Of a stretch of 64,000 nt of DNA, positions 1 to 8,950 are shown one piece after another; the first letter of the stretch is position 1; every line of letters starts with the position of its first letter. The notes under the pieces are model-generated. The model saw nothing but the letters and a program-made list of their open reading frames with translations. It made no database searches and was not told the DNA's origin. A program made the position numbers and the translations under genes. This DNA is from an uncultured Verrucomicrobiales bacterium (GTDB lineage Bacteria > Verrucomicrobiota > Verrucomicrobiia > Verrucomicrobiales > Akkermansiaceae), in the NCBI GenBank assembly GCA_937928425.1, contig CALFVL010000077.1, positions 24,448-88,447 of the forward strand. Direction: 5' to 3'.

Positions 1-1070
1 CTGTCATTACGTGCTAGAAATTCACTGAGGCGAGGGGCGAGGGCTTGGCCATCGACAGTGACTTGCACTCTAGCGCTGGTGCTCCCTTCTGCGTTACTAG
101 CAGTGAGGGTGTAGACTTGGGTAAAGGTGGAGGTGAGGGTGAGGGAAGCACTGGAGCTGACGGTGCCGATGCTAGGAGAAATCTCCACGAGGTCCGCGCC
201 AGTGACATCCCAACTGAGGGTGAAGGGTGCGCCGCTGCTCGGATCAGGGTTGTTGTTGGTAAAGGAGTTGATGGTGGGCAGGGGTGAGGGAGGATCGAAG
301 GCGAGGGCCCCGATGTTATAGACCTGAGCTAGTTCTGAGTCAGTGAGGACGCCGAAGCGGTCACCTGTTTGGAAGAAGGCGAGGTCGTCAATGGCCCCTC
401 CGAAGTCATTTGAATTTACGGCATTCGGGTCATCTGCTGCGATGAAGACACCAGTCGCGTGGGAGATGGCATTTGTGCCGAGGGCGTTCAGGGTGGTTGT
501 AGCAGAAGAGATATCGGCAGGGGAAATGGTGGTGCTGCTATCCTGAAGTAGGGTGAGAGCACATGAGTTATTTAGAGAATCGTAGCGTAGGGCAGCGAAG
601 TACCAGTTACCGGTGGCGAGAGTGAGGGGGGAGATGATGGTGGTGTTGCTACTGCCGTTACCATCCCGTAAGAGAGCTCGCAGACGATTTCCCGGAGAAG
701 GCCCTAGATCTATCCGAAGACCTGAACCGGCATTACCTGTACCACTGAGAGTTTCAAAAAGACGATCGAAGCTCTCGAGGCTGGTGGGGTAGAACCAGAA
801 TGAGATGGTGAATTGGTCGGCTGGCTGGACCTCAGGGGCAGGGGAGATGCTGAAGCCCGAGCGCTGGGGGAAATTATGGCTGCTACCGTGAGCTCCGACG
901 AAATTTTTAGTGGGGGGAGCGCTGCCGATGAGAGTCCCGGGGTTATTACCAAAGGAGTCATTTACGATGGGAGAAGTGGGATCAGTCTCGTCGAGGGCGT
1001 AGTGAGCGACAAGATCTGCTGAGAGGATGCAGCAAGTCCCGATGAAGATGAGCAGGAAGTGTTTAAACAT
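1..1070 (-). CDS. Secreted LamG/concanavalin-A-like domain protein, N-terminal 356 codons (3' end runs off the left edge)
   Basis: Absent from the ORF track because its stop lies outside the window. I checked codon by codon that the minus frame from ATG 1070-1068 has no stop down to position 3. It starts MFKHFLLIFIGTCCILSADLVAHYALDETDPTSPIVNDSFGNNPGTLIG, a signal peptide followed by the usual opening of LamG-type jelly-roll domains. The in-window end reads ...RLSEFLARND. Confidence 0.6.
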   Translation of the reverse strand, partial: MFKHFLLIFIGTCCILSADLVAHYALDETDPTSPIVNDSFGNNPGTLIGSAPPTKNFVGAHGSSHNFPQRSGFSISPAPEVQPADQFTISFWFYPTSLESFDRLFETLSGTGNAGSGLRIDLGPSPGNRLRALLRDGNGSSNTTIISPLTLATGNWYFAALRYDSLNNSCALTLLQDSSTTISPADISSATTTLNALGTNAISHATGVFIAADDPNAVNSNDFGGAIDDLAFFQTGDRFGVLTDSELAQVYNIGALAFDPPSPLPTINSFTNNNPDPSSGAPFTLSWDVTGADLVEISPSIGTVSSSASLTLTSTFTQVYTLTASNAEGSTSARVQVTVDGQALAPRLSEFLARND

Positions 1071-1140
1071 GGCGGAAGAACCTATTCGTCAATTTAACCT
1101 TTTAGACACCGTAGAGCAAGGTAAAGGCGATTTTGTAAAA

Positions 1141-1527
1141 TTAATGAGTGCTCGGGTGGGTGAGCTTGATACCGAGGGAGACTGCGAGAAGGCCGAGGAG
1201 GAGAGAGAGGGCGATTTGGATCATGAGTTGTCCCGTGAGTTGTGAGTTCCAAAGGATATGGCAGTCTTTCGCAAAGGTGGAAAAAGTGGTGAAACCTCCT
1301 AAGAAGCCGGTAGCGAGGAGCGGGAAGACCCAAGGGGGGGCAGTTTTATGCGCGAAGTAGCCAAAGAGGCAGCCGGTGAGGAAGCAGCCGATGAGGTTAC
1401 AAGTGAGAATACCAAAGGGAAAGCGGTGTAGTGCGGTCTTGGTGGCAAGGTTCTGAACGAGGGTGGAGAGTCCGAGGCGGGCGATGGAACCGAGACCTCC
1501 ACCGAGGAAAACGAGTAGGACGTTCAT
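1141..1527 (-). CDS. crcB: Fluoride ion channel CrcB/FluC
   Basis: 128 aa, about four hydrophobic helices. Contains the family motifs GGGLGSIAR and GFLGGFTTFSTF. Starts 3 nt after the trpF stop. Confidence 0.85.
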   Translation of the reverse strand: MNVLLVFLGGGLGSIARLGLSTLVQNLATKTALHRFPFGILTCNLIGCFLTGCLFGYFAHKTAPPWVFPLLATGFLGGFTTFSTFAKDCHILWNSQLTGQLMIQIALSLLLGLLAVSLGIKLTHPSTH

Positions 1528-1530
1528 GGT

Positions 1531-2181
1531 TTAAGAGTGCTGTGCTAGGGTCTTTAAGAGTGACTGAATTTTATCAAAGTCTTTTAGCCCTGGAGAGAGT
1601 TCAGCACCGGAGGCGATGTCGAGGGCTGTGGGGTGGACGGTAGTGATAGCGGAAGCGGCATTAGCCGGGGTGAGTCCACCTGCGAGGATGGTCGGGACTT
1701 GGGGATTTTTTTCACGGAAGTTGCGGGCTAAGGACCAATCAAAGGTTTTACCGGTTCCGCCATAGTCCTTACCGGCTGGGGTGTCGATGAGGAGGGCGAA
1801 GTTATCCTTAGGGAAAGGTCCATCGGGGAGCTGAGTGGCTGAGACGGCACGAATGACTGGGATGGAGTGGTGGAGGAAGTAGTTGATGTCTTCTAGAGTC
1901 TCATTTCCGTGAAGCTGGACGATGTCGATGAGCTTCGCTCTGAAGAGGTCGAGTGCGAGGGGGCGGGAGTTATTTACAAAGACCCCCACTCGGAGAATTT
2001 GACCGCTAAGGAGAGGCGAAATTAAAGAGGCTTCTTGGGGGGAGCAATACCGCTTAGAGGAGGGCCAGAAATTTAGCCCCAGTGCGGTGACTTTAAGTTC
2101 GGCTAGGCGCAGGGCGTCAGCAGGAGTGGTGACCCCACAGATCTTTAGAGAGGGGGAGGCGTCTAAGAAAGACTGGAGCAT
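1531..2181 (-). CDS. trpF: N-(5'-phosphoribosyl)anthranilate isomerase
   Basis: 216 aa. Contains LKICGVTTPADALRLAE, GLNFWPSSKRY, VQLHGNE and ILAGGLTPANA, the typical PRAI (TrpF) pattern. Confidence 0.85.
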   Translation of the reverse strand: MLQSFLDASPSLKICGVTTPADALRLAELKVTALGLNFWPSSKRYCSPQEASLISPLLSGQILRVGVFVNNSRPLALDLFRAKLIDIVQLHGNETLEDINYFLHHSIPVIRAVSATQLPDGPFPKDNFALLIDTPAGKDYGGTGKTFDWSLARNFREKNPQVPTILAGGLTPANAASAITTVHPTALDIASGAELSPGLKDFDKIQSLLKTLAQHS

Positions 2182-2302
2182 GAGAAGAGCATGGCTGCTA
2201 GGTGCTGAATGGTGAAGTTTTATTGCCAGAGGATTGAGGAGGATTTGTTGCTAATCCCGATGAGGCGTGGTAACTAAAAATTTCCGCAGAGGCGGACTTG
2301 TG

Positions 2303-4474
2303 ATGAATCGTAAGCTGAGTGATCGCTGGCACGGGCCTTTCTGGCTGAGTGGGGGGATTCTTGCGCTTCTACCCTTCATTGTGGCGATTGCCTTTGATGG
2401 TCCTCGTGCTCCCTGGGTTCAGGGAGCGGGGAGCTTCGGTTCCAATATGATTTTTGCGATCTGGTGGGGAATCGGGGGGGCCGCCTTAGGGGGGCTTTTG
2501 TGGTTAAAGTTATCAGGGCGCACCGTGATGGGGGGCTTTCGGCGTTGGTGTGGTGAGAAACATCAATTTCACTGGATGTGGTTCGTTCTATCGGTCGGGG
2601 TGTTTGGTTTGCACAATTATCTCGTTCTGGATGGATTCCCCTTCACTTGGCTAGAGAAAATGAGCGCGATGCTTGGTCGGATTTTAACGGGAGCAGTCGT
2701 GGTGGGATGTTACTGGGTGGGTTGTGGTCTTGCAGGGGCGCTGGCTCCTCGGCGGATGCGTCGCTGGCCTTGGGTGATTGCGGCGTGTTTTCCTTTCGTG
2801 ATTTTGGCCGATTTCGTGGCGATTGTGACGTGGAAGAATCCCATTATTAATATGCTAAATCAGCTAGATGAAGCGGGGAAATTCGATTTAGGGGCTAATT
2901 TGGCCTCGAGTGGGGTGCCTCTTCCTTCATGGGTGGTGGTTCTTGGTTTTTTTGCCCTCGTGTGGGGGATTTACCTCCTTTGTCATTGGCTGGCAGATTT
3001 AAAATGGGCGTCTTGTTTGCAGCCTCGGCGGTGGATTCTCGTGGTCTTTTTATTAGGTCTCTGGGGAGGGGTCTGGGCGGAGAAGTATGTTGGCACGAAT
3101 TGGAAATCTCGGAATGCCCTGCGCTGGGAGCACAATGGCTATGACATTCATTTGACGACAGGAATGGAACCTCCGCTAGGAGTTGCGGCATTTCAGGTGA
3201 AATTTTTTCCAAAAAATGAACGGTTCGGTGAAGAGGTGATTCCGAGTGAAGGAATACGACCGGATATCTTCATCATCATGATGGAGAGTGTAAGGCAGGA
3301 TGCGATTGCGCCGGAGCACGCGCCCTTTCTGAGTCATTTTCGTGATCACGAATGCCAGCGCTTAGGGAGAACATGGGCTGCTTCTAATTCAACAGCCCTC
3401 TCATGGTATGGGCTTTTTCACGGGGTCTTACCGGTGTTTTGGGCCGGTGATAAGGCCTCCTATTTAGAGAAGGGTGAACTGGGAATTCCGGCTTGGTTTG
3501 AGTTATTGAAGAAGGCTGAATATCGCATGGAATTACGCACTGTGTGTGATCTCTCCTATCGGAATATGGGGGCGACGAGCTTCGGCTCAGCTGAGGATAT
3601 TTACCAAGTCTATGAACAGTCACGCGAGGGGGAGATTCATTGGCGAGATTACTACTCACAGATTCCGGAGCGGGAAAAGGCATCCTTTAAATCGGCCCTA
3701 AGATCATTACAAAGTGCCCCTTCAAGTGGGAATTTCCATTTTATTGCCCTAGACTCGACGCATTACGGTTACCGCTGGGCAGAGGATTTTAAGGTGCCTT
3801 ATGAGGATTATTTTGATGGATCTGGTATCCCCGCATTTCCGAGTGAAGATGAAATTGCCTCCTTTAAGAGACGTTACCATAACTCGGTTGCGTGGCTTGA
3901 CTTTCAGATCGAAGAATTTGTCAAAGAGCTTAAAAAGTTAGATCGTTACGAGAATAGTGTCATCATTGTGACGGGAGATCATGGGGAAGAATTTTATGAG
4001 AACGGGAGCTGGTTTCACAGCTCTTCCCTCTTACCTGCACAGACGCAGGTCCCTTTATTTGTGAAATGGCCGAAGGGGCAGCTTGCTCCGCCACAGGCCT
4101 CGGCTTCACACTTAGATCTGTTACCGAGTTTACGTGATTTGCTGGGATTAGAGCGAGGTGAGGGGCTTCTAGGACGCTCCTTGTTGAAGCCTTCTAGCGA
4201 AGAGCGGACGCAGATTAGTTTTGCCTGTAACACGGGGGTGAGTGGGGTGTGTATGGCTTGGTATCGTGACGGGTGGGTGGCGACTTTTCGCTGGGAAAAT
4301 CCCTTTTCTTACACTCCACCGACTAAGATCCACCTGGACCAAATTATGAGTCCAGATGGTGCGGAGCTGGATGCGGAAGGGGTGGAAGAGTGGGAGAAGC
4401 TCTTAATTGAAAAATTTCCAGATGCCCCTGAGCGTCTTTTTGAAGAATTTAAGCTTATTGTGACTTCTCGCTGA
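2303..4474 (+). CDS. Polytopic membrane protein with C-terminal sulfatase/alkaline-phosphatase-superfamily domain (LTA-synthase / phosphoethanolamine-transferase-like)
   Basis: The ORF 2267-4474 opens with GTG; the first ATG is at 2303. The N-terminal ~300 aa is highly hydrophobic. The C-terminal part has IFIIMMESVRQDA and VIIVTGDHGEEF, typical of sulfatase-like transferases. Confidence 0.65.
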   Translation: MNRKLSDRWHGPFWLSGGILALLPFIVAIAFDGPRAPWVQGAGSFGSNMIFAIWWGIGGAALGGLLWLKLSGRTVMGGFRRWCGEKHQFHWMWFVLSVGVFGLHNYLVLDGFPFTWLEKMSAMLGRILTGAVVVGCYWVGCGLAGALAPRRMRRWPWVIAACFPFVILADFVAIVTWKNPIINMLNQLDEAGKFDLGANLASSGVPLPSWVVVLGFFALVWGIYLLCHWLADLKWASCLQPRRWILVVFLLGLWGGVWAEKYVGTNWKSRNALRWEHNGYDIHLTTGMEPPLGVAAFQVKFFPKNERFGEEVIPSEGIRPDIFIIMMESVRQDAIAPEHAPFLSHFRDHECQRLGRTWAASNSTALSWYGLFHGVLPVFWAGDKASYLEKGELGIPAWFELLKKAEYRMELRTVCDLSYRNMGATSFGSAEDIYQVYEQSREGEIHWRDYYSQIPEREKASFKSALRSLQSAPSSGNFHFIALDSTHYGYRWAEDFKVPYEDYFDGSGIPAFPSEDEIASFKRRYHNSVAWLDFQIEEFVKELKKLDRYENSVIIVTGDHGEEFYENGSWFHSSSLLPAQTQVPLFVKWPKGQLAPPQASASHLDLLPSLRDLLGLERGEGLLGRSLLKPSSEERTQISFACNTGVSGVCMAWYRDGWVATFRWENPFSYTPPTKIHLDQIMSPDGAELDAEGVEEWEKLLIEKFPDAPERLFEEFKLIVTSR

Positions 4475-4518
4475 AGATTGCGGAATAGTTTACCGAGTGA
4501 TTATCATCGCGTCCCACC

Positions 4519-5490
4519 ATGAGAAAGAGTCCTAAATCGTTAAGTGTGATCGTCCCCTGCTTTAATGAAGAGGAGTCTCTTCCCGCACTCTTTGAGCGGG
4601 TGGAGAAGGTGGCGAAAGACTGGCCGGAAGATTACGAGGTGATCTGTGTCGATGATGGTTCTGGAGATCAGACCGTCGATTTACTCCGCGAGCAGCATGG
4701 AAGGGATACGAGGTGGAAATTGGTCGTGCTGAGTCGGAACTTTGGTCATCAGGCGGCTGTTTCTGCTGGCCTAGAGGCGGCCTCGGGAGAAGTGGTGGCC
4801 ATCATAGATGCGGATTTACAAGATCCACCGGAATTAATTAAAGATCTTATCGAGACTTGGCGTGAGGGCTATGAGGTGGTCTATGCGGTGCGAAAAAAGC
4901 GTAAAGAGGGGCCTATCAAAAAAGCAGCTTACTTTTGTTTTTACCGCTTAATGAAGTCGATGACTGAGATCGAGGATTTCCCGTTAGATTCTGGTGATTT
5001 CAGCCTGCTGGACCGTAAAGTGGTAGATACCTTGGTCGCTTTTCCAGAGAAGAATCGCTTTCTCCGAGGCCTGCGAGCGTGGTCGGGATTTCGGCAGACA
5101 GGTCTAGAGTATGAGCGAAGTGCGCGCTTCGCGGGGGAGCCAAAGTACACCCTTAAGAAGTTACTCAAGCTCGCAAGTGATGGTCTGTTTTCGTTCAGCG
5201 GAGTTCCACTGAGGCTGGCCTCTTATGTGGGCTTGCTCGTTTCTTTTTTCTCGGGCTTGGGAGCCCTTGTTTTCGTAGTTCAGAAAATTTACCCAGAGCC
5301 CTTCTTGGCGATGGGCTTGCCAATTGTGCCCGGTTTTGCCGCTACGATTGTCACGGTCTTATTTCTAGGTGGGGTGCAGCTTCTGTTCTTGGGAGTGATA
5401 GGAGAGTATCTCAATCGCATCTATACCGAGGTGAAGGCGAGACCGGAGTTCTTGGTAGCTGAGAGGGTAGGCTTAGCAAAATCACGATGA
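4519..5490 (+). CDS. GT2 polyprenyl-phosphate glycosyltransferase (GtrB/ArnC/DPM1-like)
   Basis: 323 aa. Contains LSVIVPCFNEEESL, VDDGSGDQT and DADLQDPPE (DxD), plus two C-terminal TM helices as in GtrB/ArnC. Confidence 0.8.
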   Translation: MRKSPKSLSVIVPCFNEEESLPALFERVEKVAKDWPEDYEVICVDDGSGDQTVDLLREQHGRDTRWKLVVLSRNFGHQAAVSAGLEAASGEVVAIIDADLQDPPELIKDLIETWREGYEVVYAVRKKRKEGPIKKAAYFCFYRLMKSMTEIEDFPLDSGDFSLLDRKVVDTLVAFPEKNRFLRGLRAWSGFRQTGLEYERSARFAGEPKYTLKKLLKLASDGLFSFSGVPLRLASYVGLLVSFFSGLGALVFVVQKIYPEPFLAMGLPIVPGFAATIVTVLFLGGVQLLFLGVIGEYLNRIYTEVKARPEFLVAERVGLAKSR

Positions 5491-6812
5491 ATCTAAAACA
5501 GGATATGGAGCTGGGTGCAAGTGAGGTCCGGAAGTGGGCGGTGCTATTTTTCGCCATTATTTCGGGTGCCTTGTGGCTAGGTTTTTCCGTAGATACCTAT
5601 TTCTCAGGCGATGGCTGCTTTTACTTTACGATCATTCTCGGCAAGGAGGGCTTTACTAATATCTCACCGTCCCGAGTGCACGCGGAGTTCCTTTCGCAGT
5701 GGCCCTTAGTGTGGGCAGTCCAGCTAGGGGTGAGGGACTTAAAGGTTTTAGAATTCCTTTTTGGCTTCGGGCTATGGTTTCCATGGATCCTCGGTTTCGG
5801 GACCTCCCTTTATGCTACGAGAGAACGTCCCAGCTTGATCTTTTTTTACCTCATTTCACTGGCCAGTCTGAACTTGGCAGGCTGGTGCCTTCTTTACGGA
5901 GAGCACATGGTGCTACTCACGATCGCCTGGCCGATCTTATATCTTGGGATCTTACGAAGGCCCTTGAGTGGGATAGAGCAGCTTTTGCTGGCGCTGCTCC
6001 TATTTATCCACATGAGGCTTTATGAGACTGCGATCGCCTCTGGGACGATTTTTGGACTGCTCTTTGCCTTCCGAGGCTGGCTTGCTAAATCTCCTCGCGA
6101 GCGGGTGGGCAATTTTCTTTTTATGGCACTAGCCCTCGCCTCGGTCTTCATTGCGGCTCACTGGATTCTTTATCCAAGAGACCCGGGTAACCGAGGGCAT
6201 TTTTTAAAGGCGATTATCGATTCACTCGGGCACCCTTATCCATGGATGGGTCTGTTCTTTGTGGTTTTCGCGACTTGGGGATATTTTCTATCCTCGTGGC
6301 GGGCCTACCTTGCAGCAGGAGTCTTACCTTTACTGATCGGCATTTCATCCCTTTTTATAAATGGAGTGCCTGGCGGGATTTCGTTCTCCACCAGAACTCT
6401 CACTCTCACCGTCTTGCCCGTGTTCATGCTCGGTGCAGGGATGGCGAGTCTTTCGCGCTTACGCTTCACTAAGAGATGGCTCTTATCAGTCCTAGCCTTA
6501 GTCACGGCCTTATCATTACTCCACATTCGTCATTTTCAGAGTTGGATGGAATTCCGCACGGCATTTAAGGAGATTCTTAAAACGGAGCGAGGCATTGTGA
6601 AACCAGCAGACCATGATGATATTAACCACTGGGGCTGGACGAATGGGATCTTAAGTTACGTCTGGAGTGAAGGGGAGGTGCTGGCCATCATCGTCAATAC
6701 ACGTGAGGAGGGATATGAGCCCTTTTTGGCAAGAGAGGAGGTATTGATAGAAAAATACCTGACTAAGAAACCCGATTTTTTAGAAACTCCGGCAGGAGAA
6801 AAGGGTGAGTAG
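5487..6812 (+). CDS. Polytopic integral membrane protein of unknown function (candidate GtrC-like/GT-C acceptor glycosyltransferase)
   Basis: 441 aa with many hydrophobic segments. ATGA start/stop overlap with the GT2 gene. I recognise no motif. Confidence 0.4.
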   Translation: MNLKQDMELGASEVRKWAVLFFAIISGALWLGFSVDTYFSGDGCFYFTIILGKEGFTNISPSRVHAEFLSQWPLVWAVQLGVRDLKVLEFLFGFGLWFPWILGFGTSLYATRERPSLIFFYLISLASLNLAGWCLLYGEHMVLLTIAWPILYLGILRRPLSGIEQLLLALLLFIHMRLYETAIASGTIFGLLFAFRGWLAKSPRERVGNFLFMALALASVFIAAHWILYPRDPGNRGHFLKAIIDSLGHPYPWMGLFFVVFATWGYFLSSWRAYLAAGVLPLLIGISSLFINGVPGGISFSTRTLTLTVLPVFMLGAGMASLSRLRFTKRWLLSVLALVTALSLLHIRHFQSWMEFRTAFKEILKTERGIVKPADHDDINHWGWTNGILSYVWSEGEVLAIIVNTREEGYEPFLAREEVLIEKYLTKKPDFLETPAGEKGE

Positions 6813-6835
6813 AAAAGAGTCGTAGAGACCTGAAC

Positions 6836-7333
6836 TTAGTTTTCAAAGACGAAGAGTTTCCGACAGATGAAATTGATCAGAGCAGACGAGATAATGAAAG
6901 AGAAGTGGATGAGAGGGCGGGGTAAGCTAAAGTTCTGAATCAGCCAGAAGGGGAGGACTTCTCCGAGTGCGAAACTGATAAATGAAATGAGGGTAAATAG
7001 GCTAAGCTCTCGTTTCACGGAGTGGCGACCGGGGGTGAAAACGAGCCAGCGATTCAGCCCGTATGCCACGAAGTTAGCGGGAATGAAGGCAAGGAAGTGT
7101 AGGATGGCCGTATTCCAAGCGAGTTCTCGGGCTGCGAGCTCGGTGGCAAAGTAGTGGGGAAAGAAGCGCTCGGCACAGGCCACAAAGATGATGAAGACGA
7201 CGAGGGAGAGCAACCCGCAGAAGCCGTATTTTCCAAACTGAATGAGGAAGGGCGTTTTTCGAGATAAGAGGCACTCCTTGAGCCCTCTTTCGCGGAAAAA
7301 ACTCCATGCTTTACCCATCTCGCGAGCGATCAT
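6836..7333 (-). CDS. GtrA-family small membrane protein (lipid-linked sugar translocation family)
   Basis: 165 aa, four TM segments. Contains FGKYGFCGLLSLVV and IPANFVAYGLNRWLVF, typical of GtrA-like proteins. ATGA overlap with the argF stop. Confidence 0.7.
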   Translation of the reverse strand: MIAREMGKAWSFFRERGLKECLLSRKTPFLIQFGKYGFCGLLSLVVFIIFVACAERFFPHYFATELAARELAWNTAILHFLAFIPANFVAYGLNRWLVFTPGRHSVKRELSLFTLISFISFALGEVLPFWLIQNFSLPRPLIHFSFIISSALINFICRKLFVFEN

Positions 7334-8223
7334 TTTACAAGAGTCGCGAGGACAGCCTTCTGTGCGTGGAGGCGATTTTCAGCCTGCTGGAAGATGGTAT
7401 CGGCGTGGCGTTCTAAAACGTCCTCAGTGATTTCTTTCTCTCGATAGGCGGGGAGACAGTGAAGGACGATGTGGCCCTCAGCACAGTGGGAGAGTAGGTC
7501 TTGGTTGACTTGATAACTCGCGAAGAGGGCTTCTTTTTCGGCTTGCCCTTCTTGCCCCATGGAGAGCCAGACATCAGTATTGATGACGTGGGCGTCTCTG
7601 GCAGCCTCTGCGGGATCAGTGCTAAGGCTGACATTCGGCGCGGCAAGCCGATCCATAAACTCCTGCGGAGGTAGGCAAGATTGAGGAGCTGCGATGCTTA
7701 ATTCAAAGCCCAAATGCTTAGCAGCCCACATCCATGAACGGGACATATTATTATCACCATCACCAATGAAGGCGATTTTCTTAGCTTCCCAAGAGCCCAG
7801 CTTCTCTCGGATGGTGAGCAGGTCTGCGAGAATCTGGCAGGGGTGCTCTTCATCAGTGAGGGCATTGATGGTGGGAATCCCAGAATAGTGATAGAAATCC
7901 GCGACATCTTGCTGAGCGTAGGTTCTAATAACTGCTCCATGCACCATGCGGCCTAGCACTCGCGCAGTATCTTTAATGGGCTCTCCTCGGCCCAGCTGGA
8001 TGTCATTTTTAGAGAGAAACATGACATTCCCCCCGAGTTCCCGAATGCCCACCTCGAAGGAAACCCGAGTGCGGGTGGACGCTTTCGTGAAAATGATGGC
8101 CCATGTCTGGCCAGCCAGAGGCAAATTCGTGTGGGAGGTGCGCGTGGATTTCATCTCGGCGGCTAGGAAAATGAGGGCCTCGAGGTGTGTGGCGTTAGAT
8201 TCTTCGATAGAGAGAAATTTCAT
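7330..8223 (-). CDS. argF: Ornithine carbamoyltransferase
   Basis: 297 aa. Contains STRTRVSFE (carbamoyl-phosphate site), HPCQILADL, DVWLSMG and HCLPAYR. Confidence 0.85.
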   Translation of the reverse strand: MKFLSIEESNATHLEALIFLAAEMKSTRTSHTNLPLAGQTWAIIFTKASTRTRVSFEVGIRELGGNVMFLSKNDIQLGRGEPIKDTARVLGRMVHGAVIRTYAQQDVADFYHYSGIPTINALTDEEHPCQILADLLTIREKLGSWEAKKIAFIGDGDNNMSRSWMWAAKHLGFELSIAAPQSCLPPQEFMDRLAAPNVSLSTDPAEAARDAHVINTDVWLSMGQEGQAEKEALFASYQVNQDLLSHCAEGHIVLHCLPAYREKEITEDVLERHADTIFQQAENRLHAQKAVLATLVK

Positions 8224-8332
8224 CGGGAAAATAGGAAACCTCTAGCATGAAGTGAGATCCGAAAAACTCAAGTTTTGCCTGAAATCATTTTTTGGTGATG
8301 AAGGACTGAGAAGCTGGGCCATTTCGCTCCTT

Positions 8333-8950
8333 TTAGCGCTTCCGTGTGCGGCCTGTCTTACGGCGGGGGCCTTTATTTTTCAGCTTTGGCTTTTTGTTCT
8401 GGAGCGGCTTAGAATTAGTTTTGTTAGCCGCGTGCGTTTTTTTAATGGGTCCACGGATTTTTCGAGGCTGGCTGTGGTAGTCGAAATTTAGCGCTTTTTT
8501 TCGAGAGAGGGGGGGATTTGAGATCTCTTCGAGCGCCTTAAGAGCCTTTTGATCATTTTGGGAAATGAAGGTACTGACCTCCTTACGCGAGATTTCAAGG
8601 TGGCTAAGGTAATCGCTTTCTAACTCATGGGGGTCGAAGTGGATGATCTGCTCGATCCCAGCAAGATCGGAATCACGGAGAATCGCGGCGGTGGCCACAA
8701 GAGCACGGAGCTTCCCTGTAAGGAGTTCACATAAGGCACGGCTACGCAGTTCAGGTTTTTTACTCCCAGAGACCGAGTCGGCTGCGATGCCAGCATGAAC
8801 GAGAGCCGTGGTAAGAGCCTGAAGTTGCTCACGGCTACGGACGAAGATGAGGGTCTTCTGAGATTCTAAGTCTCGGCTCAGGAGATGGAGGAGCAGGTCT
8901 GTCTTCTGGTGGGCGAAGACTTCGTAAACTGAGTGCGAGCAGGTGGCCAT
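8333..8950 (-). CDS. Stand-alone DEAD-box helicase C-terminal (RecA2) domain with degenerate motifs and a basic tail; possible gene remnant
   Basis: 205 aa. KTLIFVRSREQLQALTTALVHAGIAADSVSGSKKPELRSRALCELLTGKLRALVATAAILRDSDL...IIHFDPHELESDYLSHLEISRKE is colinear with RhlE-type helicase_C. Motif V (ARGLD) and motif VI (HRIGRTGR) are not conserved. No DEAD/Walker domain lies upstream. Ends in a Lys/Arg-rich tail. Confidence 0.55.
   Translation of the reverse strand: MATCSHSVYEVFAHQKTDLLLHLLSRDLESQKTLIFVRSREQLQALTTALVHAGIAADSVSGSKKPELRSRALCELLTGKLRALVATAAILRDSDLAGIEQIIHFDPHELESDYLSHLEISRKEVSTFISQNDQKALKALEEISNPPLSRKKALNFDYHSQPRKIRGPIKKTHAANKTNSKPLQNKKPKLKNKGPRRKTGRTRKR

Noticed and set aside
2182-2266. 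Fluoride riboswitch upstream of the trpF-crcB pair
   Set aside because: By eye I found no conserved riboswitch segments or convincing pseudoknot-forming complementarity. It needs a covariance-model scan to be certain.
8252-8491. 79-aa plus-strand ORF in the argF upstream region
   Set aside because: About two thirds of it overlaps the helicase-C-domain gene on the opposite strand. It has no recognisable motif and the likely argF promoter occupies the remainder.
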